Assembly (NCBI RefSeq): GCF_018977255.1
Contig: NW_024704742.1
Coordinates: forward strand, 5,706,001-5,770,000
Source of the DNA: Callorhinchus milii
Lineage: Eukaryota
Direction: 5' to 3'
Length of the DNA stretch: 64,000 nucleotides
Positions 39,713 to 53,250 of this stretch are shown piece after piece; position 1 is the first letter of the stretch; every line of letters begins with the position of its first letter. The position numbers and the translations under genes are program-made. Under the pieces are notes generated by a model, which saw only the letters and a program-made list of their open reading frames with translations, made no database searches and was not told where the DNA came from.

Positions 39713-41099
39713 CTACTACAAGCTACAGGATCACAATAAATGGAAATAGAGGTGAGATTTATCTTCTTTATTGTATTGACATCAATTTAAAAACACTGAC
39801 ACTTGCCACGTGGATTCTCTCGTGGCCAGGCCAATACTGTACCTTTCCAGATTGTTTTCCTAGACAGTTGCCAGGAGGTTTATGCATCTTGTGACAGAGG
39901 GAACCACATTAATGGATTTAAATGAATATTAGGGAACAAAATGAAAGATAATCAAGTGTTACAGTCATGAAATGAAATCCAGAACACTAGTAACAGTAAT
40001 AGTGAGAAGTAATTGTTATAATTTCATGTCATCTTGTTGATTTTGTAACATCAGGGTCTTCTGATATCAAACCATGATGTTTTATGTTTCAAATCCTTGT
40101 GCTCCTTTCTGTTTTTTTTTGCTGAATGCATTAATGTATCTATCAACAGCAAGACCAACAACGACTTGCATTTATACAGCGCCCTTCACACTTGGTGGCA
40201 TCCCGGAACGATATCAATACCACATTGAAACAACCTCACGAATAAACATGTTTAAAAACTGGACTCTGCTTAAAATTCATAATAATTTTTGATCAATTTA
40301 AAAGTTGGATTTTCAGTATATTTTGCAACTCTGTCCTCACCGCCCAAAAATACAACGGGAAAAATCGTTTTTTTTAAAAAAAATCAGTAAATGTTACTCG
40401 TAAACTGAACAAGCTTCTTAGAAAAACAACAACAGGATATGTCCTTGGACACATCATATCCGTCTCCGTGAATGGCTGGATTATGATATTATGACGTGTC
40501 TTTTGTACCATTTAACCGCTTCGGACGTGTTTCCACATGAAATTATCCACAAAAACATCCCAGTATGCAATACCCCTATGAATTTAATGGGAGAACAATA
40601 ATTTGAATACATCACCTTGGTATTTTTAGTGCCTTGGTGACGGACCTTTCTTTCAATGTTGGCTATAATTACAGTCAACAGCAACTTTGGAGTGTAATTT
40701 GGGGCTAAATTAAGAGATTACTTAAGTATTGAATGAATTACCCAAATAAGATGCTCATCACCTCAACACTGTTCTCAATGTCCTCGCTGTCCTGAGGTCA
40801 AATCACCCATTTGTCCTCGGGTTTGCAAATCAACTTATACTTCAATAGCATCTCTCGCAAAGGAGGAACATTTCAAAGTACTTTCCGAAAACGAAGGAGA
40901 TCACCAAACAGAGTTTGAGAACGTTACCCAAAAACATGGTCAAGAAAATACGTTTTTAGAAGGTATTAAGGAGGCAAGGTTCATGGGAAAGGGATTTGGG
41001 GAATTTCAGGGTTAGAACATAGTGGCCGAAGGCTCAACCATTGTCGGTGGGACAGATAGAGTGAGGAATGGAATGAGTGACCAGAATGTTTCCACTATA

Positions 41100-41425
41100 A
41101 TAATATAATAATAATAATCCTTGCATTTGATATAGTGCTTTTCACATCGGGAGAACGTCCCAAAGCGCTTCACAGAACACACTGTAAAATGAACTGACTG
41201 TATATTTGTGGGCGAACGCGGCAGCCAATTGCGCACAGCAATGTCCCACAAACAGTCGTAGATTGAAAATGACCAATTTATTATTGTTTTGTTTTGGAGG
41301 GATTATTATTAGGGCTCTGTGTGGAGTAAGGAAACTTGCCCAAGGTTTCGCCCTCTGCCTGGAATTGAACTCAGGTCTCTCACTTGCAAAGCGAGTGCTC
41401 TAACCACTGAGCTACAGGACTCCAC
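41100..41425 (-). mobile_element. Full young short-form SINE
   Basis: Nearly identical to 56400-56724 and 58187-58523. Confidence 0.93.
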
Positions 41426-43849
41426 GAGGTTGAACAGTCCCAGCTTCTCCAGGCTCGCCACATTACCAGCCACACTACCAGCCAGCAGCAACACAGCGTG
41501 ACTAAAATTTAGAGTAATGAGGATTGAAGCCTCTTTAATCATTCATTGGAGAGTGTGTAAAGCTGAGTGAAGTTCTAGAGTTGCGATGGCTGTCTCCTGC
41601 TGTTTAACTATTTCGACATAGATTTACATAGTGATACAGCACAGAAATAGGCCATTCGACCCAACTAATCCGTGCCAGTGTTTATGCTCCACACAGGTCT
41701 TCACCTCTCCAAAACACTTCTTACATGCTGCTCTATTCCTTTCCCTATAATGCATGCATTTAATGCATTCAACTTAATCCAATTTATTAAGTTACATGCA
41801 GTAAATTCATGTGTCCTTGAAGGAGGTTGCAGAGAAGATTTACGAGAATGGTACGGGGGACGATGGAGTTTAGTTATGACGAGAGATTGGAGAAGTTGAG
41901 TCTGTTTTCATTGGAGTAGAGCAGGTTGAGAGAGGTCTTCAAACAGTCTTCTTTTGTGCCATAAATTTCCACGGTTCAATAAAGATTCAGCATCAGGGAT
42001 ATGGGGAAACGGCAGGTAAATGGTCCTTAAAGGAGCCAGCACAAACATAATAGGCCAAATGCTGGGAGCTCCAAAAGGTGTCTCTTCCACTGCAATTCCG
42101 TATTCTTCAATATAAAAGAAGAATAAGACTTCTCAAGAGATGGGTTTGTCACAGTGTGTCTGTTACAGCTATTCATTTAACACAGAAGCTGTTGTGTAGC
42201 TTCAGCCTCACAAACTCTGCCTGAGGCAAACAAGATTATATAACAGTTAACTTTGCTTATAAATGTCTGAGACTGAGAGCAGGACTGTTCCCCTGAAGGA
42301 GTAATTTTTTTTAATCAATGTCTTTTTATTGATTTGCCTTTGTATGGACCGTACTGTCTGTTTTTTTTATATTTGCACTTATGTAGGCTGTTTTGAAATG
42401 TGGATAATTAAACAAGTAATTATTTTTAGTTCCTGTTTCCAGATACACTGGTGTTGTGAGACAAGTTCACACCAATCCCCATGCAAAGTACTGTCAGTGC
42501 AGTAAATAACAGCCTTCAGCTACTCAGCAAAGAGGTTTGTGCCTGAATGGCAGAGGATAAAGATTGATTAATAGGATCATCGAAGGTGAACACAGCTCAA
42601 TGGTTGTAACATTCGTCCTTTTCCAGCCTCTTTGAATGACAGGAGACTATTCTGTAATGATGACATGAATAGAACGTCTGTCATCTCCCGGCGTTACATT
42701 AACAGGGCTTTAATTGTGTTAAGATCATAACACAGATTAGAAAAGAAAGAATTCGAAGGGGTAAGAAAATAGCTGTAATTATAATCGCGAAGTCGAGAAG
42801 ATACCAGAACAAAATATGTGTGGCGTGATCTCACTCTGGCTTTTGGATATAAGCATCTAAATCCAGACTGTGACTGAGGTTATTTTTGTTTTACCTCCTA
42901 AGGGCATTAATCACACCGGACGTAGAAAAATCATTCAAAGGAGTAAATTCATATTTCCCTTTCATTGTACATCGAGTTTACACTGCCGCTAGCGTTGAAA
43001 AACATTGTCAATGGATCCTGAAAAAGTCTTTCCATCATAGGCCTGAGTACTGGATTGTGCTTAAGGAAGCTTTTAATATAATAACATTACAACTGATAGA
43101 ATATGGCTGGCTGTGAATCTCAGATACATTCTCTCATAGTCTTGTGGACCCACCAGAACTTAATTGCATGGCCCTGCTTTAGAACGTCTCCTGAAACCTC
43201 TCAATTAGGTTGCAATCCTGTGACTCATTTCCAGCCATCCCTAACTCCAATAATATACTTTGTTTTTTAAATGATGAACCACCAAAAGCAATCAAAGGGA
43301 AACGTCATTCAGGGGTGGGATTGGAAGTACGTTCAATTTGATGTACTCGCCCCAAAAAGAGTTAAAATAATCATTTACTTCATGTCCAGCCTTATTGCCA
43401 GCATTATATCCAGCCTTTTTCAAAACAATGTTCCAATTTAAACCCTTGTTGTAACATATTCAATGCATTATCTTTGCAACTCATTCTTTCCCAGGATCTC
43501 CAGACTTTGGAATCCTTACCTTCTTCAGTCTTCCGCTCCTCTGACACTTTTAAAACTAATTTAAACCCAAGACTGCGGTGCCACTTCTTTGATTTACTTT
43601 ACGGAAAAATACATAGAACGTTACAGCACGGAAACAGGCCATTTGGCCGAACTAGTTTACTCTGGTGGTTATGCTCCACAATAAATCTGTTCCTGCGGCC
43701 ACCACGTCTACTATATCTGTGGCATCTCAAACCATTTTCTTGTAATATTAGCCATTTGAGCCTGGAGTGATGTTACAGTCACTGTTTGTCCAGTGTGTGG
43801 ATAGTGATAAAAATACCTTGTCTCGTTCAAAGGCTTAACGAAGAGAAGA

Positions 43850-44745
43850 AAGCTGGGTGTCTGACACTGCGGAAACCCATCACCATGCTTAAGAATATCC
43901 AAACCAAACCGAGAATTCCACGCCTGACGCAGGAACTAGACTACAATGACTGCCGCAAAGGGTGGGCTCCAGTCTGACATTCTCAAGCCAAACAGTCACC
44001 TTGGAGCCAGTTCAACTCGATGGAGACCCCACTTACCTCCCCCTCAAGGAAGATAGTCGCTAGTTAGTCGCTAGTTAGTCATTTGATATCTGACAAGCGT
44101 GGGTTTGAGCCCTCACTAGGTGAGAGCATTGCCACCATCTTCCTGTCCGCAGCTAGGACACACATCCCTTCCCACTGAGCGATGGTTCTACCGATTGGAG
44201 GCGTGGAGCTTGAGCAGCAGCTGCTTCCCTCTCTGCAAACCCTTCAAGGTGGATTCCAAGAGTTGGATGTGTGAACGCATATTCATAAACCTGGACCCCG
44301 GGTAGCACCTTCCAACAGTTGTCACCGCAAGCCTCAGAGTTTCTTCATCTGACAGACATCTGTATTCAGCGTGGTAGGAAGACCTTTACAGAACAGCTTG
44401 TGACGTGCAATCACCTTGATGTTCTTGAGGTCCAAGTCCGCACTCAGCACTAGCTGCTTAATCCAGGTCCTCATACGAGGGGCCTTGGCAAATAGACGTG
44501 CCCGCTGTGAAGCCACCTCCGCCTATAGGGTGCTCAGAGACAGGACGGTGTAGGCTGGAGCCCTCCCTCCCAGCAGCTGTTTCCATTTTCTTCCAGGAGC
44601 CTGGTTTATTGCTTCTCCTGTGATGTCGCTGTACTTCAAGTCCATGGATGTTATTCCTTTCCACCTATGGAGTCTGGCTGCAGCTTCCAGACATAAGAGA
44701 TGCTCTCCTGCTCCAGTCACCAGGTGAAACAAATTATTCACAGTG
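43850..44745 (-). mobile_element. Decayed ORF end plus partly deleted 3' UTR of a non-LTR retrotransposon (RTE-X-like, clade unresolved)
   Basis: - strand peptides ..STL*AEVASQRARLFAKAPRMRTWIKQLV.. and GKQLLLKLHASNR*NHRSVGRDVCPSCGQED (zinc-knuckle-like), followed by 3' UTR family motifs. Confidence 0.55.
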
Positions 44746-45619
44746 CACCTGTGATGGGAATCCTAAAATACACACAAGCAGCAGAGTTGGCAATCAGGAT
44801 TGGGAAAGCAAACTCACCACTGACATGAACGCAACTGAAAATTTATCATTCCAAACGTGGAACAAAAAGCTAGCTCATGTTGTCAAGCAGCACGTGTGAG
44901 TCTGCAAAAATAACACAAAATAACGTGAATGAAAGGCAGAACTTCTATCGTGGGATTTAGATAATATTCAAAAACTGCTGGAGTGGATATCTTCTGAACG
45001 TGCCAACGTCCAAGAGCCTTCTGCTCATGTGCCAAGGTTGAGCAGGGATCGGGAGATGCATCACCACAAATCGTTAAGATTTCATCTTAGGTAATAAACA
45101 GATCGGAACATTTATTCAAAATATAGGTCTACTTATCTATATATCTCTATATATATATATATATATACAAGTGCTCCGGGATGCTACCCCGCGTGAAGTT
45201 ATATAAATGCAAGTTGTTGTTATAGTTATATCTGAAGATTATAAATTATTGTGATATTATCTTATATGCATACTTTGGAATTCCCCACAGTAATAGTATT
45301 CCATTTTAGGTTATGTCAATCAAGCGCCAGTATTATTCTATAGCGCTGAGATCACAATAGTCTGTACACTCCTTAATTAAGGTAATTTTAGCTGTAACTG
45401 TCGTCAGCACAGATTTTTTTCTATTGAACCATAATGTGTATTATTGTAAAAATAATTGGTAAGGAGCGAGTAAACAGCTGTAATTTAATCGGGGGGTGGG
45501 GGGGTGGTGAGGAGGGAAGGGGGCGAGGGGTACAAATGACGTAGAGAAACCATTCGAGATTCATACTCGTAGTGTATAGCCTGAATTCTATAAATACTTT
45601 GTTTTGTTCAGCCGGAACA

Positions 45620-47040
45620 CTGGAAAACAGGAACAGGAGGAGGCCATTCAGCCCATCGAGGCTGCTTCACCATTATTTTTAGATCTCATCAGATTTTGCA
45701 AAACCAATTTCCTGCACTTTTGCCACAAAACCTCAAACCTCAACTACCAAACTCTTTGTCTATTTCTCTATTAAACGACCCTATTGATTCCACGTCTATA
45801 GTTTTCCAGGACAGAGCATTCCACATCTTCACAACCCTCTGTGTGAAGAAATGCTTCCTGACTTCAGTTCAAACTCTCTCTCTCCCTCTCGGCTCTTTTG
45901 TAGATGGTGTTCCAATGCTTGATTACCCTCTGTGTAAAGAAAAACTTCTTGGTGTCGGTCCCGAAATTGCCCTTTATAACTCTAAACTCACGTTCTCTTG
46001 TTCTACTGTCTTGATGCATCTGAACTGGGTTTACCTTTTCAATCCCATTTAAAAATGATATGCACCTCTATGAGGTCCCCTCTGAAATTGTCTTCTGTCA
46101 AGGCTGAAGAAGTCCCAGCTTCTCTAATCGTCACTCAAAGCTCAATCCTCTAAAACTGGGATGGTCCTCGTTGCTCTCCTCTGCACTGCCTCTAGGGTCT
46201 GGACAGCCTTCTTTGTCCTTGCAATTTTTATCCTTGCATTTGAAATACAGCGCCTTATCATGTTGTTGAGACGTCTGAAAGCGCTTCACAGAATATACAT
46301 GTAAAATGGATTGACCGTTTATTTTGTAGGCGAAGCGCGGCAGCCAATTTTGCACAGCAGTGACCCACAAACAGTCGTGGATTGAGAGAGCAAATTTTTG
46401 CTTTTTGTTTGCTTTTTTTTTGGAGGGATTATTACCTGCAGAAAGCGATCCGCCAATCGACCAACAACTGGGTTCCTACCTACTGCTAGGTAAACAGAAG
46501 GGTGTGGAGTAAGGAAATTTGCCTAAGGTTTCGTCCCGCCTGGAAATCGAACCCGGATTCTTTTGTTTGTTAGTGCGTTCGCCTCACAAACAAAAGAACT
46601 ATTTTATGGGGATCCCTTATATCGCAGTGACCAGAACAATACACAGTATTCAAGGTGCAATCTGATCAGATCACTGTATAGCCTGAGTATGACATCTGGG
46701 CATCTAAACTCGACTGATTTAGCAAGATAGCCCCTCACTGCTTTGACATAGTAAGCGACACATCAAATAACACACCAGATCTCTTTCAACTTCCCCCTTG
46801 GTAAATTCAATCACATCCATGGAGTACTTCTGTTTCCTATTCTTGGATGCTATGATAATACCTGTCCATTCATCAGTACGTCAGTTGCCAGTTAGCAGCT
46901 CATGTGCATATCTATTCAACCTCTCTTTGTAGGACCTTTGCTACTTTCTCTGATTCCACGGTTCACCCCAACTTGGAATCGTCTGCAGAATTCTTATATC
47001 ATACACTGGGTCTGCGAATCCAGGTCATTGATATGAGGAA
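45620..47040 (-). mobile_element. CR1 fragments interrupted by a long-form SINE (46225-46598)
   Basis: ggaacaggaggaggccattcagcccatcgag; cacaaccctctgtgtgaagaaatgcttcc; aacttggaatcgtctgcagaa (reverse of an FADDxKL-like motif). Confidence 0.8.
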
Positions 47041-47900
47041 GAGGAGAAAAGTATTACATTACTTTTCATATAATGTAATACTTTACATGTGTCACATTTG
47101 TTAAATTGCATCTACCTCAAAGCTGATCTGAGATGATTTTATTTTCCTGTTGTTTGTAACACGTTGCAGTGAATCCAAGTTGCAGTGAGTCCAAGCTGCA
47201 CCCTGCTAAGTATCACATTGCTAATAAATGTGGTCAGTCAGTAATTTTATTTTGTCATTGGGGATCCTAGAGCTTTATACTTCAAGCATCTACCTAACTT
47301 CCATTTAATTACATAACTGAACTGACTTGAACTGCCACCTCCAAAAGCCACAGTAACAGTCTGATTTGCAGATAATGCAAAATAATGCTAAACTGTGTTC
47401 CTCGGGAGCCAAGTGACATTTGTGTCACTAATTTTGTTCGAGGCACGAGTCGTGTATAGTTATTTCAGGGTGATGTTAGGCCAGTGGCGTTAGGTACAGC
47501 TACCTTTTGGTAGTTATACATCGCATCAAGGGTTTCCTCCCTGTTTAATAATGGGTTTCATGTTTTCAATTGACAACAGCTAAAATCCAGTCATAAATAC
47601 GGAACTGCATAAAATGAATGGCTGAATGCCATGTCGAGAGGCATTTTTATAAGATCTGGATTAATGGATGTTAAAAATAAATTGAAAGCCAAGTTTTGCT
47701 ATGTGGAGCACTTGTAAAACATTCAATACTCTGGAACGAAAGGAATTAAGATTATAAAACACGATAATATAGTCAAATGGTTGGTATTAGTGTCAAATTA
47801 CAGTGTAAGAGGCTTTCTATAACAATAGACACTGCGGTCTAATTTGTGGGCTGTGCAAACCATGTGTAATGGGAATTAGTGTGTCTGATAGAAATTAATG

Positions 47901-48140
47901 ATAATAATCCTTGCATTTGATAGAGCGCCTCATCACATCTTCGAGACGTCTCAAAGCGCTTCACAGGATACACTGTAAAGGTGAATTGACTGTATATTTT
48001 GTGGGCAAAACGCGACAGCCAATTGTGCACAGCGGCGTCCCCACAAACAGCCCCGGATTGAATGTCCAAATTTATAATTTTTTTTTAAGGAATTACCCAC
48101 CAACAAAGCGATCGGTCCAATCGACTAACAACCGGGTTCC
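47901..48140 (-). mobile_element. Long-form SINE, 5'-truncated
   Basis: Tail, Deu core and the cgactaacaaccgggttcct segment. Confidence 0.88.
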
Positions 48141-48564
48141 TGAACTAGCTCCAAGGTGACATGCTGGCAACAGAACGCTGGAATCAAGCCAGTCCTCTGT
48201 GGACTGAGCCAGGCAGGTCCTATGTAACATGGGACACTGTGACGCAGATGCAGTCCATGTTGGGCTCCAGTTGCTTGTTCCTCTCAGCAATGCCATCACC
48301 GCCCCCCGCTGGTGGCTTTTACGTTAACAGTGCTCGTTGAGTCCTTTGCCGAACGTAAACCCGTTCGGAGCATTTTTATTAACGACTAATATTTAGTCTT
48401 TTGACAGAGTGGGTCAAGTGACAGTCTCTGTCACACAGTGTGTCACCTAACAACATGGTTGTGTCACGTAATTTGTCACCAGTGCTCCGTCACATAGAGC
48501 TCTCACCCTGCAATCCTCACACGAGGACACTGAAGTTGCAGTGGATTTGGGGAGAAGCAATTGG

Positions 48565-49060
48565 GGGCTCATATAAACTGTTAGTTAGACCACAGTTAGA
48601 ATATGGACTGCTGTTTTTGCCACCCCACTTTAGAAAAGACGTCAAAACAATAGAGAGGGTGCAGAGGAGATTTACGAGGATGATACAGGGGACCTAACTG
48701 TCCTATGTCATACAATTATTTCTGGATAACTTTATTTCTGGATGAATAATAGGTTTAACTTATGAGCAGTGACTGGGGGGAACTGAGACTTTTTTCCACT
48801 GGAACAAAGGAGGTTGAGGAGTGACTTGATTGAGGTCTTTAAAATGATGATGGGTTTCGAAATTAGTCATTTGGGCGTATCAGTCAGAGTTGAGCCAGAA
48901 TCCATATTAAAAGGGAACTAGATACTTGTCTTTTGGAAAAAAAAGTGAAGTACAGGGAATTGGGGAAAGGGCAGGTAAACAGGGCTGAAAAGATTGCTCT
49001 TAAAAGAGCCAGCACAGATATGATGGCCTTCTTTTGTGCTGTATATCTCTATGGTTCCAT
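48565..49060 (+). mobile_element. CR1 3' fragment
   Basis: YKLLVRPQLEYGLLFLPPHFRKDVKTIERVQRRFTRMI, then a CR1 3' end. Confidence 0.88.
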
Positions 49061-51498
49061 GAATCTCTGAATCACGAAGGGAAGAATTAAACAGAAGGCC
49101 TGAGAATGCAATGAGTAAGACACAAACAGAACGAGAATGCCTGCCAAGAAGGACTAGTGGTTAAAATAAATATATTTTCCCCCCAGCAGTAGAGTTGGGA
49201 AAAGTCTCATTGAAAACCATGTGATGCTGTTTGATCAATGACTTCAGAAGAACTGTATGGATATTTCTAAGAATGGGATGTATATCTGTGAGGATTAGAT
49301 GGATTGGAAAGGAATGCGCACTCTCTCTCTCTAGAGGGATGCTCCTTGCTTACCTAATTCCAGAGAAAGTATTAGGTGCGGGTTGGCAAGAACCTCAAGG
49401 CTGTTTGTGAAACACACAACTGGCTGCCGTGTTCCACGCACAAAATATACAGTCAATCCACTTTACGTGTGAAGCGCTTTGAGACGTCTCAACAACGTGA
49501 AAAGGCGCTATATCAAGTGCAAGAATTATTATTTATTGTTGGTAAATGTGCATTCACAGAAAACACCCTTAATTATGTATTCTTGGCCCCTGGCATATTG
49601 AGTGAATAGAAGCCTTTGAGGTTGATATGGATCATGTCATTGACAATGCGCACGTTATCCTTGTGCGTACACAGTCACTCACATTCAAGACTACAAGAAC
49701 ACAACTGCTGTTAAACAATAATCCAGCAACTAAAATTATAAAACTCAATCCATCTGATTAGATGTTACAATACTGTAACTTTAAGCAGTATCGGAATTGC
49801 AAAATTACATCTGATGTCCAGAATTTTGGTAAAGTGTTGAATTCAGTCTTTAAAGCTTTTTTATATAGCTCAGTTGTGTAAGAATTTACAGAAACATGAC
49901 TTCAAAATTAAAGCTGTATATAATAGTAAATAATAATAATCCTTGCATTTGATACAGCACCTTATTTACGTCTTCTAGATGTCTCAAAGCGCTGCACGGA
50001 ATCTACTGTAAAGTGAATTGACTGTATAGTTTGTGGGTGAAAAATGCGTTGAATTCTGAAGTTCCAAAATGTTACGTGAATAGAATAAACTCCCTGAGAA
50101 GTCCTGTCACCGTTACAGCTGTCACCCTAAATATGGCTGAGCTAAGCAGCTGCTTCTTTCAGTGAGTGTTGCTGGTAACAGATATAACACTCACTGTAGT
50201 ATCTGCCGCTCCAGATAACCTGGAATGGGGCATCACTGGAGCAAGACTGCTGCTTCCTCAGAATAGTTTAATCTGGAGTTAATTCTGACAACTATAACAC
50301 GACAACTTTTGTACAATGTCTCATGTCGGGAGGACGCCCCAAGGCTCTGGACCGTCAAGGATTTGAACCCGGGTGGGGGAAAGCTGAATGAGGTCAGAGC
50401 ACAGATGAGGGGTTAAAAGGACAGAGTCAAACAAATCGATATCGAAACAAGACAACAGGGTTCTGCACTGACTCAGTGACGTGGAGAGGGCATCCATGTA
50501 GATTGATGCTGTGAGCGTCTGAGGTGAGAAGGCGCGGACGGGAGCCTCAGCTTTGTTGACATTTAACTGGAGAAATTTAGCTCTCATCCAGGACTTGATA
50601 TCTGACAGTGGTCCTGGAGTCGAGGATAGAGACAGAGAGATAGATAGTGTCAGCTTATTAAGGGCAATAAAATTCTGCTCTTTGCTGACTTTTCCAACTT
50701 GTAAATTCCACCTGGTTTCATTAGCAACATTTCAGAGCATCAAGAATTTGATAAATTCTTAAAAACTGGAAGCAATACTCCAGTTGCGGCCTAACCAATG
50801 ATTTGTACATTAATATTATTGCTTTGCTTTATGTACTCTGTTCCCCTGTGTAAAAAAAATCCAACATGCTCTTAGATTGTCAACCAATTGCAACGGCTAG
50901 CAAGAAATACCTTATATTTCTCAATTCGCTTAAGTGTTTGCCCACAAAATACAGTCACTACACTGTACAGTAAATCCTGTGAAGCGCTTTGAGGCAGGCA
51001 TCCTCTGGACTTGAAAGGTGCTGTATTAAATGCAGAGATTATTTTTATTACTATTCGTTTGTTGACACGAATGATAATAAAAAAAACAATCTTTGCATTT
51101 GATATAGCGCCTTCCACTTGGGAGGTTGCCTTGTTTATGGGTCTGAGGTCCTGGGGATGCAATGGAGAGGTTTCCTCCAGCACATGTGTAAAGTCCAGGA
51201 TCAAGCGGAGAGGTGGAATTGCGGTCAACAGGCGAAATGGCTACAGGGAGGAAGTACTCTGGCCTTCACTGACCTGTTGCTGAGCGCCCTGGAGACGGAG
51301 ATGACTTGCCTCCTCTGATTCCACAGTTCCCCGCGACTTGGCGTCATCTGCAAAGTAACTATTTTATACCTAGTCTGCAAAATCCAGGTCATGAATATAC
51401 ATAAGGAAGCGTAGACACCTCTCCCCGTTTTAACTTCGCTCCACTGACAAATACCCTCTGCTTCCTTCCCTTCAGCTGATACTTGGACTATCCTACAT

Positions 51499-51555
51499 CA
51501 GTGTGGTCCAACAGGGGTCCCGAGAGCCACATCCGGCCCGGCGGGTGATTTTTCA
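51499..51555 (+). mobile_element. Possible hAT (Charlie-like) transposon terminus
   Basis: cagtgtggtccaac...gagccacatccggcccg resembles Charlie-type ends. Confidence 0.4.
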
Positions 51556-51705
51556 GGCTAGACCATCAGTGCTGCCTGCTAAGCTTTAGACACTGGGTGG
51601 CGTTGTTCACCAGACCATGCAACACAGTGGTCAGGAAAACTGTCAGCGCAGTGTCAGGACCAGAACTAGACAGAAAAATTTTCTTTTCACCTGTTTTCCT
51701 GGAGC

Positions 51706-52060
51706 TTTTTTTTTTGGTCAGCCGGTTGTGTGGCACATGCAAAAGCCCGTCACCATGTTTAAGGGTATCAAAACCAAGTAGAGTTCGATGCACCTCACCT
51801 ACACATGGAAATTCCTGTGAAATGGTATGCGCGTTCTCTCCCTGGAGGGACTCAACCTGCTTACCTAATTCCAAAGAGTATTTAGACACAGGTTGGCAAG
51901 AGCCAAGGCTTGGGGTACTGCTGGAGTCTAACCAGCTAAAAGCGCGTAGCTTGCCATTGAAAGCACTGTCTGGCAAGCTTTCTCATTACTTCTCCAGCTA
52001 TGGTTACCCTACCCATTAGGGCTTTGACTTGCAGGGTTAACAGGAGACCCCGCTTACTGA
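51706..52060 (-). mobile_element. Non-LTR 3' UTR copy
   Basis: T-run at 51706, then the reverse of the shared motifs. Confidence 0.8.
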
Positions 52061-52889
52061 TGGACATCTGCCTTCAGGATGGGGGCAGGACCTTTACAGG
52101 ACAACTTGTGTCAGGTCAGTTATGTTGATGCTCTCAAGGTCCAAGTTGTGTGTGTATGAGTGTGTGGCAGCAATGAGTTGTACATGCACAGCGCAGCTAT
52201 TTTGGACAGCAGGTGTTTTGCCTCATCAGATTAAACCAACATCATTAAACCATGATCTGGTAAACAGAGCCAACCCAATGTAAAACAAAGCAGGCAGCGT
52301 TGTTGTTCCACTATCAAGTGTTCCCTGGAATTTACTTTTCATTTGGTGTTAGTTCACAGCCTTCTTGCCACTGAGTCAATCTCTACATTGGAATCAAAGT
52401 CGAGGCTGACACTCCAATGCAGTGCTGGGTGTGTACTAGGTTGTTAGAGGTGACATCCGTCAGATGAGACATTAAACCTAGGTCCGATTTATCTGTTCAG
52501 GTTCATGTTCATGTTGCCATGCTATTATTAGACAAGGGAAAGGAGTTTTTCTCAGTATCACAGCCAGCAACTGCCCAATAAAATTGGTCATTCACTTCAT
52601 GGCTGTTTGTGGGACATTACTGTGCGCAAGTTGTCTCCTGCATTTGCGTACAAATACAGTCACTACACTTTACTGTATGCCCTGTGAAGCTCTTTGAAGC
52701 TTCAAAGTGACAAGGGGCTATATCAAATGTAAGGATTGTCGTTATTGTCTGGATTTAAGCACATCTTTAAGTAGCGACCGGCTTATTCTGTGCATTGCAA
52801 ATAGTTGTGCTTTACCAAAGACTTGTGTGGGTGTTGGGATGTGTGTTGTCAGTCAGCATCTGCCTTGAGTCGCTGGCCAAATAATCTCA

Positions 52890-53250
52890 GCTGTGAAGCG
52901 CTTTGAGACGACTCGAAGACGTGGTAAGGCGCTATGTGGAGTCCTGTAGCTTAGTGGTTAGAGCACTCGCTTTGCAAGTGAGAGACCTGAGTTCAATTCC
53001 ATGTAGGGCGAAACCTTGGGCAAGTTTCCTTACTCCACACGCCTAATAATAATCCCTCCAAAAAAAATACTAAATTGGTCATTTTCAATCCATGACTGTT
53101 TGTGGACATTGTTGTGCGCAATTGGCTGCCGCGTTCGCCCACAAATATAGTCAATTCACTTTACAGTATATTCTAGAAGACGTGAAAAGCGCGATATCAA
53201 ATGCAAGGATTATTATTATTATTATAAGAAATGCAAGTATTATTATTATT
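52890..53250 (+). mobile_element. Short-form SINE (52936-53225) nested in the tail of an older SINE
   Basis: Host tail ...gtaaggcgctat|gtggagtcc...(ATT)n|aagaaatgcaagtatt. Confidence 0.85.

Noticed and set aside
48298..48318. CTCF-like motif (- strand CCAGCGGGGGGCG)
   Set aside because: Single imperfect match; not supportable without conservation or ChIP data.
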